A stretch of DNA of 64,000 nucleotides, taken from the NCBI RefSeq assembly GCF_009914755.1, contig NC_060932.1. The stretch is one strand, 5' to 3'. A model generated the notes under the pieces. It saw nothing but the letters and a program-made list of their open reading frames with translations. It did not search any database and was not told the origin of the DNA. Shown here in pieces: positions 18,497-31,369 of this stretch. The stretch is from the human T2T-CHM13v2.0 reference genome, Homo sapiens. The translations under genes and the position numbers were made by a program. The first letter of the stretch is position 1; each line of letters begins with the position of its first letter.

Positions 18497-20536
18497 TTAA
18501 TTCTAAATTAATGAGGATTGGTGGAATCTAACCAGATTTAGGAATCTAACCAGATTTTATATTATTCCTGTGGGGTAAAACTGTTTCATACTCTAGGTAA
18601 CATATTTATAAATCAACCATTGGAACACAATACATTTGTCCTTTGGTGACTAATGAGGAGGGCCAGGGGATAGATTTTTGCCCTTTGTCTTGGAGAAAGG
18701 TGCTGCTGGTGGAGAGGGGGACTGTGTCCCCTGCCCCTGTGTGGGTAGTGAGAGCCAGCAGAGAGCTGCCACTTCCTGAAAATGCCACATGTGAAAATGC
18801 ACCCTGGTTCCACCCTCCTGAGTCCCTATGTGCAAAATTGCTTCCCCAAGTCTTCCTGGTACACATCCCTTCACTTGCTCCCAGCCAAGGCTCTTCCCCA
18901 AAGATCCAGATAAGCAACTCTGCTTAGTTTATGTGAGGTTTTTTTTTTCTTTTCTTGTCCTTTGGGCTTGTTCTTCCCACTGCACTTAGATTTCTCTGCA
19001 CAAAAGACGTTCCCCAGTGTTCTCATTGTTTTCAGTTCTCTGTCCAGCAAAGCAGCCCTGGGATAAGAACCACAAGAAAAGGGGTAGGTAGACCTCATTC
19101 TGGGACTTTACTTGGTAATAAAATCCAAAATTGGATGGGGAAAAAGGGATGGCAACACCATTGGAAAAGCCAGATGTGGTCTCTATGGTGGACCAAAGTC
19201 ACATAGGAAGTCCAGATGTGAAATCATTCTCTAAGCTGTCAGATTTGGAGCTTATTGGCTTTCGGTTCAGTAGTGTGTTCTGACAGCCTTGCAAAGAACG
19301 TTTGACTTTGTTTCAACCTGTTTTATAAATAAGTACATCATTGGACAATGTCTGAAGATGACATCTAGCTTTTCAGTGGTCTGACTCATACTTACAGATA
19401 TGTATTGATCATCTACTATATGCCAGGCATTGAGGAGACAATGATGAATAATTCCAATCTTCAGAAGTTTGCAGTGAAAGAAGGAGAATGACACATCACT
19501 GGGTCAGTCAACCTCAATGCACTGTGATGGGATCTACAGTAGACAAGGGGAAGCACAGAAGAGACAATAACTTTCCCTAAGAGCACTGGGGCCTTCACAG
19601 AGGAAGAAGCATTTGAACTGAGTCTTGAAGGATGCATAGGACTTGGCCAAGCCTATGTGAGATGTGGAGATGAGAAAGGAGATGGCATCATCTGGAAAAG
19701 GGAAAGAAATGCAGAGCAGGAGATGAAGTGGATAGGGAGGCAGGATCCAGGCCAAAAGAAGGTTCCAGACCTAGCTGGGATGATACCTTTAGCTCCCCAC
19801 ACTCACTGCAGAATATTTTTACTAACTGAAGGATTGGAACTCAGCATTATACTTCTTGTTTAACCTGTCTATATTTTCCATTAATAGTGCTAAAATTATG
19901 ACTCCTTTTCCATCACTACATGACTTGCAAGTAAACCACTTTGCTATGGAACGCCTGCCTACTTAGTTGCAAACTGCGGGAAGTGCCATCAGGAGGGAAG
20001 TCATCAAAAATTCCTAGGCATTAGAGTTGTGCTTCCTGAGACACCTGTAAGTGTGTTTATTCCTGCTAAGTCATCTGGCATCAACTTAAAAGCATAGGTT
20101 TTTCAATTAATTGTAAAGTGGCAGTCAGGCTGTGGGGAGTGACTGGATGAAAGAGTTAGAAGGATTCAGGTCTCCTCCATTCCCCAAAAGGCAGAAAGGA
20201 CCTAATTAGAAACAAAGCTAATGTAACGTCTTTCCTGAGGGGCCTTCCTCAGGGGGGATATCTTTTGTTCTATTTTCATTTTTGTATGTATTAGTATTAA
20301 TCAGAGTCCACTAAAGTCCTGGATAAAAATGTCTCGAGATGGCATGTATTCATGTGAAGCATGTATACTTCTGTTTGGAATGGGCTTCAAAGCCCAATGT
20401 TGCTTGAAAACAAAATGCTTAGTCTAAGATGCATGTGCTTTGCGGATCCTCTGCAGCTGTCACAGAGGAATCAAGTGATTCGCTGGGATGCTTTCACTCT
20501 GGGGCTTATGTACACTAAATATCTCCTTTAAAGTCA

Positions 20537-20689
<153 letters not shown>

Positions 20690-21483
20690 TCAGCCTACTT
20701 TCAGAGACAGCATTGCATTTAAAGAAACAGGGGAATGAGAAGTAAGAGATGGGCTTTGTAAAACTGATAATAGTATTCTAAAGATGTGCTGTGCACATTT
20801 GCATAATTTTTATCATCGGACCAGCTAAGCCAGGATGCTCCAATTTCCATTCTGCTTTTCCTATCTTACTTATTTCTCAACAGATACTCATCACTGGCAT
20901 TTTCCTAAATCAATCATACCTGATTTCCATTACCCCTTGTTGTTTTTGACAGAGGTTTATTAGATCTCAGAGTATGCTGGCTAAATATGACAGGCTGGCA
21001 CTTTCAGAATTAAAGACTTTTCCATTTCCCTAATTAGAACAGCATCCTTGCACAGACTGCCCAGATGCACCTGCCTTTATGCAAACTCTGAAGTCGGAAC
21101 ATGTTGCCTTTTATTTGGTCAAAGATATTTTGTGTTAAAACAGACAGATCAGAGTAAACCTGGTTCAAATGCATTTTTCTCATTCATTTGGTGGCATCAA
21201 GATCGTGGGCTTTTCTAGACAAATAGTTTCAGAGGAGTGTAGCCAAACATTGGTTATTCAGTAACTGATTAAGTAGAATGTCTATGATGTAAATCTCTTG
21301 TTCTCAATTTTCTCTCTCCTGACTTTTGGCCTTTCTGCCGCCTTACTGCAAAATGGTTATTCTACCAGAGGGCAGATAATGCAAGAAAAAGGAGGGAAAG
21401 TGGAGCCAGGTAAGTAATCTCATAGCTGTTCCGTGTCCCCATCAACCTAGATTAGCTATAGTTGGACTGAATGTAATTTAGGT

Positions 21484-21729
21484 CAGAAGTCAGCAAACCA
21501 CACAACCCAAACCATAGTCAGCAAACCCACAACACAAACCTAGCCCACTGCCTGCTTTTTGTGAAAATAGTTTTATTGGCACACAGCCATGCTCACTCAC
21601 TTATGTAGTCTCAGTGGCTGCTTTTGTACTATAACAGCAGAGTTGAGGAGTGGCAACAGAAACAATATGGCCGGCAGAGTCTAAAATACTTACTTTCTGG
21701 CTCTTCACAGAAGAACTTTGCCAACTCTC
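21484..21729. mobile_element. MER58A (hAT-Charlie)
   Basis: 'gtcagcaaac...ttttattggcacacagcca...ctaaaatacttactttctggc...tttgccaac'. Confidence 0.85.
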
Positions 21730-23318
21730 TTGGGGGCTTGGGCTAATGCGTTCCGCTTCTTAGAGCATAGTTTGACTAAGGTAAAGGTCTCACATCCTCT
21801 AGTTCATAAGCCTGGATTTCATACTGGCCACACACAGGAACATTGTAAATGTTAAAACCACCCTAAGTCATCGGAGAGGTACAAGAAGATATTTCGGAAG
21901 GATACTTTCAAGTACAAGTACAAGAAAACCCTAAACCAACTGGCTTGAGGAAATTATTTTCTCATACAACAAAGGGAGAGGGAATTTAGCTCTGGAGTCC
22001 TTTTAGTTAGTGGTTTGGAGGTCTAATAAACACTCAGGTTCTTTTTTATCTCTTTGGCTGCTATCTTTGGCCTGCCTGGTTTGTGCTTCTGCCTAACTCT
22101 CCATATAGTCCTGTGATGGCTGCCAGAGTTCTCGTCATCTCAGGCAGATACAACAGTGTCCACAAGCAACAGAACAATCATATTCCCTCGTGTCTATTTC
22201 TAAGGTTGAGGAAAATCATTCCTGGAACTTCCACTCCCCACCTCAGTTGGCTTCTGCATTTCAGTAGCCAGAATAGCACCACCGATCCATGGATTAAACC
22301 AATGACTGACAAGGAGGCAAAGGCCACAGCTTAATCCAACCACGATGCCACCCGTGGTGCTAAGTGGATGTATTTCTCCCGTGAAGCTTATAGATTAGCT
22401 GAAATGAGTGGATACTTGAACAAAATTGGAGATCTGCCAGAAGGAAAAAGGAGAAGAGGCTGGATATTGAGTAGGCAGCCAAGAATGTCTACTACAGAGT
22501 GGCATGAATCCCATTTCCTTATCAGAAGAATAATTCAAAAGGTGTGTCCAATTAGAGATGAACAAGTTATAATCCATGTATAAAGTATAGAACTTTTATA
22601 TACAGTAGAGAACACCTTCTATTTTAGACATGAAATAATTTTATGAACTATCACTATGAACATTTTATCTCTCTCGATCTTAAGAGGTTAAGACAAGATA
22701 AAAATCCCTTCAAGGTCTGAGATACAAAAACCATTATTAATTCAAAACCTAAAATAAAGGAATGTTAAGTATTTGAATAACATTTTATTTATTTTTTATA
22801 AGCTGAATTTTTATGCAAAGAATATGAGCTAGCCTTTAAAAAATAATGAAATACCAAAAGCAAAAATAGGTAGTTATGGGATTAGTGCTAGGAAATAAAG
22901 ATAGAAAAATATTAAAGACAAGGGGAGCATGCAGAAACGCAAATCATATGTTCCTGGAGAGTTAAGAGCTGCCTAAGAATTACTCTCTGTGATTTGAAAC
23001 AAGAAGGGAAACACACGAAATTATAAAACTGACAATGTCCTTAAGATAAAATTACAATAATGGTTTAGAGGAAGCATAGCTTTGCTTGATATTAAAACTT
23101 AAGATAAATTTCACTCACATTTCCTCATAAATATTATTCTTAGCATCAAGGATTTAAAGTCTGGTATATTAGTTAAAGTGATGCTAACCACTGAAACAAA
23201 CAAACTCTAATACTTCCGTACCTTAACACAGTATAAATTTTTTTCTTGTTCATGTAACATCCTGTGCTGGTGGCAAAAATGTTTCCATCTTGTGGGTCCA
23301 TACTGCATTCAGCTATAG

Positions 23319-23519
23319 CAGTTTCCCAACCTGAGCATCACTGGTATTTCAGAACATGTGATGCTTTGTTGTGGAGGGCCATTGTGTGCCATTGTAGGAT
23401 GCTGAGAAGCATCACTGACCACTACTAACTAAACACCAGAAGCACAACAATCAAAAATGCCTCCTACTGCTGCCAAATGTCTCCTGGGAGACAAAATTGC
23501 CTCTGGTTGAGAACCACTG
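23319..23519. mobile_element. MER20
   Basis: TIRs 'cagtttcccaacc' and 'ggttgagaaccactg'; internal 'ccaaatgtctcctggg'. Confidence 0.85.
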
Positions 23520-23569
23520 AGTTGGAGGATGGGGAAAGAGAGAGTCAGGAAGGCACATCTGGTTTCATT

Positions 23570-23960
23570 AAAATGTAATTTACACATGCACACACAAATG
23601 CTTGGATCTTAAGTGCTGAGTTCAATGAGTTTTGACAACTGTTACACCTGTGTAATAACCATTCAGAACAAGACGCCAACCATTTTTTTTTCTACCTAGA
23701 ATGTTGTCTAGTGCTCATGTGTAGTCAACCCGCCATTCCCCGCAGGCAACCACTTCCTGATTTTTCTCACCATAGACTAGTTTTGTCTATTACTGGACTT
23801 CATACGAATCGAATTATACAGTATGGTCTCTTTTGTGTTTGGCTTCTAGCACACAATGTTTTGAAACTTATCCATGTTTTGCCAGAATCAGTAGTTCTTT
23901 CCTTCCCATTGAGGAACAGTATTCTAATGCATGAATACATCATGAATTTGTTTCTTTGTT
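23570..23960 (-). mobile_element. L1ME/MD-type 3' fragment
   Basis: 'gttcaatgagttttgacaa...caggcaaccact...tggcttct'. Confidence 0.6.
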
Positions 23961-24465
23961 CAACCGTTTTACATTTTCTTTTTAAACAGTTTGACCTAAA
24001 AGCGATGCATTTCACTTCTGTTCACATTCCACTGGTAAGAACTAGTATCATGACCCATCTAATTGTAAGGAGGGCTAGGAAATGATGTCTTTAGTAGGGA
24101 AGACACTTGTCAGCAACAATTCTGTACTCTAGGAGGTACGGTACAAATCTTTTGGAGGACAGTTAATTATCTCTGTCATATCAAGTATCCAAATGGGAGG
24201 TCTGTGTATTGTGCTGACCTTTAAGCTAGAAGAGCTAAGTAAAACTGTGGGGGTATTCATGCTACATATATAGTACATTTTGAAATCCAGTCTAAAGCAT
24301 TATTATTCATTTACACATTTTACTGTTAACCATGTTAAACAGCAAAGCAACATCATATTTCAAGTAGTTATACACATGTTCTAAGTAGATACTAAATAAT
24401 CAACCAATATCCAAAGCAACAAATAATTTTTAGTTAATGCATATTAGTGCTTTCTTTGTATACTT

Positions 24466-24753
24466 CTTTCTTTCTTTCTTTTTTTTTTTTGAGAAGGAGT
24501 CTCGCTCTGTCACCAGGCTGGAGTGCAGTGGCACAATCTTGGCCCACTACAACCTCCACCTCCCGGGTTCAAGTAAATGATTCTCCTGCCTCAGCCTCCT
24601 GAGTAACTGAGACTACAGGCACGTGCCACCACACCCAGCTAATCTTTGTATTTTGAGGAGAGATGGAGTTTCACCACGTTGGCAAGGATGGTCTCAATCT
24701 CTTGACCTTGTGATCCGCCTGCCTTGGCCTCCCAAAGTGCTGGGATTACAGGC
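24466..24753 (-). mobile_element. AluSc-like, 5' end shortened
   Basis: Antisense dimer, TSD tata(c/t)ttctttct. Confidence 0.95.
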
Positions 24754-25439
24754 CCGCTTGAGCATATATTTCTTTCTTGAAGCCTCAGTATTTAAAAAAA
24801 CAAAATTATTTGGCATTGATTAAAACATGGTTGATCAGGCATAAACAATATATTTGAGTAACCATAATTATGTTTAAAATCTGCAGACCTGTGATTCACA
24901 GAAGGCTTCACTTGAATTTCATATGTGAGTACATTATGTTTTAATCTAAACTAAAAAGAAAACAGATAATCCATAATAATAGAAATGTAAATGAAACATT
25001 TATCACAATTATCCATGAATGGAAGCCCATAGTCATGAATTCATGAGTATTTTTACAGTAAAATTTTTCCCAGTCCCTTTAAATGTTGGCACCCTAAAAA
25101 CACATTGTGAAAACAGTCATCTTTCCTGCTTCAATAATGCTGAAAGATGAAAGAGACCAGCATTCTTTGCTTTACTTTTACTAATGATTTCACATATATG
25201 AGAACATGATAAAAATACATAACAGGAAAACTGTGATTGAAGATGAATTGATTTAAATCTATCCCTCATTTGGAAATATGAGCATGTCTGTTGGGATTCC
25301 AACATACAAAAATAGAAATGTTATTTATAAATGTGCATGAATGTGCCATCCTATGATGATCCTTTTTTATTTGCCCAATCTAACACATTCACAATACTTT
25401 ATTCCTCTAAAATACTTAATTTGTACTCATTCTATGTTC

Positions 25440-26670
25440 TGTGTATGCAGGTTCTTAAGGTGTTCCCAACCCATGTTGCCCCAAAGGATTCAGATCTAAG
25501 TGTGTGTCTGAGTGGGATTGACATAGCCTGGTGGGGATTTCAGAAGGCTCTAAGGAAACCCCAGGGAAACAACTCCCCTCAAAGAAGGGCAAACAAATCT
25601 GGCTCAAAGAAAAAGAGCCCAAGAAAGGATTCTGGGAAGATCATGGGAGTAGGAAATTCCTGGAATCTGTTTCCCCATCAAGAAAGCAGTCACACTTATG
25701 GACTCTATCTAATGTAACTGTTTTGGAACTCTGGAGTCCATTGAAGGCTTGCAACTTCCAAGAGAAGGCTTGAACAGTAAACTGCAGTGAATTTCAGTCA
25801 ATTTCAGCTCCTTGCACAGTAGCAGCTACTCATCTCCCAGCCACAGCCCCATAGCAGGATACTGTGTATGGGTTCCTGGAGCAACCTACACAGATTTGCA
25901 GGAGCCAGGGTGGGCAAAAAGAACCCTGGCCTTCAAATATCAAGGATCTGCACCCTAATCACTGATCACTGCTTCTGATCACAGAGGTGCAAAGAGCTGG
26001 GGGGACACTATTGTTGCACCTCCCCATTTGTTGCAAGCCCCACTTCCCCTGTGTGCACCTCCCCATTTGTTGCAAGCCCCACTTCCCCTGGTTGGAGGGC
26101 GTTCCAGGGGATTTATAGGACTGGTACCCATTCCCTTCCCCTGTATTTTTCTTTTTTGGGAGCCAGCCAGGAAAGACTGGAACATTCCAAAGTAACTGCA
26201 TATGGGCGGGGGAGGGGGGAATTAGAAAATGACTGCACATGCCCAGTAAAAGGCACAGGCTCAGAAAAGACCTGAGAAGACTTTAAATTCATACTTCAGG
26301 TTGATCCTTGGCACAGAGACAGCCTACAATGATCAGACAGAGAGAGAGAGAGAGAAACAGACAAAAACAATAACAAGAAACAGCAAACCTAAGGGAAGAA
26401 GAAGAATCATTTCCAGAGTTACTACCTTATTAGACTCAAATTATCAACAAAAAGGAAAAAAGTCACAAGACATACAAAGAAACAGAGAAGTACATTCCAT
26501 TCAAAGGAAAAACAGTAAATCAGTAAATCAGCAGAAACTGCCCCTGAAGAGCACCTGATGGCAAATCTATGAGACAAACACTTGAAAACAGCTGTCGTAA
26601 AGCTGATCAAAGACTACAGGGAAGACACGGAAAAAGTCAAGAAAATGATTTATGAATAAAGTCGAAATAA
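25440..26670 (+). mobile_element. Old L1MC/MD 5' UTR and ORF1 start
   Basis: 'ctcagaaaagacctgagaagac...cacaagacatacaaagaaacag' resembles L1M 5' ends. Confidence 0.55.
26015..26090. repeat. Tandem duplication, 39 bp period
   Basis: tgcacctccccatttgttgcaagccccacttcccctg at 26015 and 26054, identical. Confidence 0.97.
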
Positions 26671-26676
26671 GAATTA

Positions 26677-27192
26677 GAGATATTCGCACACACACGTTCA
26701 CAGCAGCTTGACTCACAACAGCTAACAGGTGGAAGCAATTCAGTGTCCATGGATGGATGATTGGATAAACAAAATGTGATGTATACATATAATGGAATAG
26801 TATCTAGCCTTTAAAAAGAAGGAATTTCTGACAAATGCTGAAACATGGATGAAACTTGTGGACATTATGCTAAGTGAAACAAGTCACTCATGAAAAGGCA
26901 AATACTGTGCGATTCCACTTACATGAGGTACCTACGGGAGTCAGAGACAGGAAGTAGAATGGTGATTGCCAGGGGCTGGGAGGAGGGGAATCAGGGAGGT
27001 ATTGTTTAATGGGTATAGAGTTTCATTTTTATCAGATGGAGAGAGTTCTAGAGACAGACAGTGATGATGTTTGCACAACACTGTGAATGTATTTAATACC
27101 AATGAACTGTATGCTTAAAATGCCTAAGACGGTAAATTTTATGTATACATGTTTTACCCCAATTTTTAAAAATTGGGAAAAAAAGAAAAAAA
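26677..27192 (+). mobile_element. L1MB-type 3' end with A tail
   Basis: 'ggacattatgctaagtgaa...gattccacttacatgaggtac...cacaacactgtgaatgt'. Confidence 0.8.
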
Positions 27193-27749
27193 GACAAAGG
27201 GACCTTAGTGCCTACAACGGGAAGGTCAGACCCTGCAGCAGGTACTGGCAGGCAGTCAGCTCCAGCAAGAAAGAGATGTCAGCCTAGGCACACACTTGGC
27301 ACCAGACAGAGCTGGAGCCAGCACAATGAGGTGCCAGGGCCTGCAGCCTTAGGAACCCAAGTAGAAAAGAGGCATCTGGCATCTGTACAGTTGGGCAGCA
27401 GTGAGCAGGGCCCAAGCCATTGGGCTGGATTCATATCCAGGACTCTTCTCCCTGGTAGGAACAGGCACCTGCTCCAGAGTGGCAGCTAAATTACCAAGAT
27501 GCCACAGGGGCAGAGGAGGAAGGACAGTCTATAGCTATCCAAAATATCCACAGGTCCATGAGGGCAGGATAAGCCTTGGAGCAAGCATGACTGATACTGG
27601 TGTCCAACGTTATGGGGTAGGCCTTCATCATCTCTTCCCAAAAAGGCCCTGAGGCCTGGATGCCCCAGTGGCCTCAACTGTGGGAAGAAGAAAAAGGCAG
27701 ACACTGGGAACCAGGGACATCTGGCAGACCTGGGCTGAGCAAGACCTCC

Positions 27750-28051
27750 TTTTTTTTTTTTTTTTTTTTTTTTTTTTGAGTTGGGGTTTTAGCACTGTTG
27801 CTCAGGCTGGAATGCAGTGGCATGATCATAGCTTACTGCATCTTCGAACTCCTGGGCTCAAGCGACCCTCTCACCTCACCCTGCCAAGTAGCTGGGTTGA
27901 CAGGCACAGGCCACCACACCAAGCTAATTTTTAATTTTCATTATCTTAGAGGTCTTGCTATGTTGCCCAGGCTGGTCTTGAAATCCTGGCCTCAAGCAAT
28001 CCTGCCTCCTGAGTAGCTGGGCTTACAAGCAAAACCCAACATGTTTGGCTG
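27750..28051 (-). mobile_element. AluJ
   Basis: Poly(T), 'gaactcctgggctcaagcga'. Confidence 0.92.
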
Positions 28052-29063
28052 ACCTCCATACTTTTAACTTAAAAATCTGAGCACAGTTAAAGGGAGCTGA
28101 CATCCTTTTTTAAGAGCCCTGAATTCATCTTTGCAAGCAGACAATTATCGCAGGGGGTTCAGTGACTAGAACAGACCCATTCTTGGTCTTTCATTAAGTT
28201 TGTCATTGTCTTTGCAAAAATCAAAAATCTGGTATATTTCATTTCCAAGCTTAAAATGCCTTGAAACTCTATTATGTTCTACATTTTAAAAAGTCAGAGA
28301 GAGGGTAACTGCATCTAATTTGCAATGCATGCCTAGTCACAATGTTAACTCACAGGACTTGTGTTAATATTATTATATACTTCAAAGTGAATCTTGTGTA
28401 TTCTACAGAATTAACTAGAGTTGTTTGGGGGCCTGTTAACAAGTTGCTGAAATGCAGAAGCTTTTGGATTTGTTGAGCAGTCATAGCCTATTACAAGTTG
28501 TGTCAAGACAATTTCAGGGACAGGCCAACGAGAATCGCTGTTCTTGGTGGAGCCTTAGGCACTGCTTTCAGATTTCATTAAGAATGACATATGCAGGGAT
28601 TTCAGATAACTATTATAGGTGGGATCCAGTTTAAGAAATACTGGTTGTGAAAGGCAGCCTTAGAACAGGTCTAAATTAGCAGGAATGAAGAGTTTTCTAT
28701 TACTCAACAACTCTCGTTCATTCATTCAACAAATGTTTCCTGAGCCTTGCCATGAATCCCCATGGTATTCCAGGAATACTCTGAGTAAGACACATCCTTG
28801 CCCTGAAGGTGCTGACACCTTGGAGGTAGATATTAATAATTAGCTACATCCAGAAGTGATCTGTAAAAACAAGATACTATGTACACTAAAATGGTGGAGA
28901 CACTATTTCCAGCAAGAAATTCAAGGAGAGTTCCACAAGGAAGGTAGTTCCTAGGTAAGACTCAAAGATAGCAGGATTTTAACCATTAGTGGTTGCAAGT
29001 AGGAAAGATGAACAATGCTTAACAGAATGAGGATAGCAAGCTACAAGGAATGCGCTGGACATG

Positions 29064-29268
29064 GCAGTTATTTCTCAATAGGCACACGTTTGGCATTTTA
29101 GATGGGACTAGTCTTACTTACGAAATATTGCTCTCCAAATTTCAGGACATTTGGCATGGCTGGCCTCTCCTGCTAAGTACCTGTAACACCCCACTGCAAC
29201 AATAAAAAACACCCTGGCACATTATTAAATGGCACTTAAGAGGAGTTACAAGCCCCAGTTTTAAGATG
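29064..29268. mobile_element. MER20-like hAT fossil (tentative)
   Basis: 'cagttatttctcaatagg...caggacatttggcat...ccccagttttaaga'. Confidence 0.4.
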
Positions 29269-31369
29269 CAGTGTGTGAAATATGTAATGTATCATCGGCA
29301 CCTGCGTGTGAACCACAATTGACTTCGTGAGACTTTACAAAATAAAAGAAAACAAAGTCTGGAAGATTTGGGTGTAAATTTAGACGATTTCCTTGTGAAG
29401 AGACTGCCCTGTGCCCTAGGTGAAAGATTCTGGAGATGGAAAAGTACAACCGAGCGGAGAGAGAGAGAGTAGAAGTAGCCTGTCGGCATGCTCTAACATT
29501 CTGGAAGACTCTGGTAATCACCCGTCTCTCATTAGAAAACATTCCCCAGTCTGTTCTCCCAACTCTCTGTAGAAACCATCTCCAGGTTTAAAATGAATGT
29601 CAAAGGGAAAGTAGGAGTCACCTTACATTTAACAGCAACTATTCCAGAACACCACCATCCCATAATATGACTTAAGGCTGTTTTCAAGGTTACTGGAGGC
29701 CAATCTTGAAAATCTCCTAAAGAAAAAATTATATGATTGGAATTGTCCAAAATTTAAAAAAATCTCTAAAGACATTAATACAGAAATTAAATATTTTGCA
29801 ATAATGCCCTCTTGCTTGAAATAAAATAAAATTAGAATCTACTGGGACCTAAAGATTACAGAGCCTGTTGAGTTTGCTGTTTGCTATTTCAGACTCTTTG
29901 TTGTGGGAACGCCTATGTCTAGATGACTAAAATGGCTGGTGTGAGACACAGCTGACTCAGCTTTTTACTGACTGAGCATGTGACAGTTTGAATTGCCCAC
30001 CAAATCTGATGCTCTAGGCAGAAACTCTGCCTTATCATTGCTCAGAACTCCAAATTTAATATATAAAATCAAAACAGTCAACTTGTATAAATGAAGCAAT
30101 AAGGAGGAATCTTTGGTGGTAATACATCTGCAAAGTAAGACATGAGATACCCATTACTTAAGCACAGTGCTTAGCATATATTTGGAGTTTAATAAGTATT
30201 TGTTGAATAAAGGAATAAAAGACATGACTTTAGTCACATAGGAAATTTAAATTATATTATACTCAATATTTTCTCTTTATAGGACAAGACAATGTTCTAT
30301 ACGTTTTGTAAGGATTTCCATCCTTATAAAAAGAGCACTATTCAGTTTTTGTGCTCATAGAGTCATAGTCAGTTATCTGAAAAACATACTTACTTAGAAT
30401 AGTCCATTTTCAGACAGTGCCAGATTTTTTTAAAAGCATTACTAAAATAAAGGATATGAGTTAGAAACTGGATCTAAAAAATATTTGAGAGCTGGTTTCA
30501 GGAATTTAACCCATCATAAAGCTTGAGGAAACAGGTTTTGTGTTATAGCCACTTTTTCAACTCTCCTCTCAGAAGGGACATTCCTATAGCTGGCAATCAC
30601 AATTTGCTAAGCATGGTGTTCAGTGTATTCAATAGTCTCTGTAAAGCAGTGAGTTCAGTGTCTCACTATTAAGACACTGTAAACAAAGACATATGGACGT
30701 TTAACCGCAGGACCCATCACAACACTCAGAGTCCCAGAACAGCATGTCTGGATGGGCGCTCGGGAAGCATCTTCCTTTTCCAGAGAAAGAAAGAGGCACG
30801 GGGAGTGGGAGTGACTTGTCCCAGGGCACACAGTAAATTGGTAGCTGAGATGAAGCTGGAAATTAGATCTTTCAAATTCAGTCTTCTTAGAAGCTAAGAA
30901 TCCAAGATGGATTATTTAGGAATGCAGATAAGACAAGTAAATGTCTCAGTAGATGCAGTAATGCCACAGTGCAGAGCGGGAGAAACACTGTATAAAGTCC
31001 ACCAATGCTATTCAGACCTACAGCCCATCAGTGGGGATCAGGAAGACTCTGACCAACCTCACCTTATCTCCTAGGAATCTTTCAACCACAATAGCCTCAG
31101 GAACATGGAGAAGGACTGAGTCCAGGCAAACACATCAAGCTGGTAAAAATGATGACAACTCCTCTAACCTTTCCTGACTGCTGCAAACAGCTCACCAGGA
31201 AAATGTACAGGAGGTGGAGGAGGGACCCTGTTGGCCACATTATACCAATATCAAGGAACAAATGTCAGTCAGGCAATGGCAGATATTACCCAGAACTCTT
31301 GCTTTCCTGGAATGCTATTTTTACATCTTTCAGCAGTAAGGTCTAGCTCACAGTCTCAAGTGGCATCTC

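Larger units (their letters stand above)
23165..24180 (-). mobile_element. Old MaLR (MLT1-like) LTR with nested MER20 and L1M fragments
   Basis: MLT1-like blocks at 23165-23300 and 23990-24100 ('cacttctgttcacattccactgg...gggctaggaaatg'). Confidence 0.45.

Noticed and set aside
21405-21416. Strong donor CAG|GTAAGT (also GAG|GTGAGT near 59584)
   Set aside because: No convincing paired acceptor or reading frame; isolated matches are expected by chance in 64 kb.
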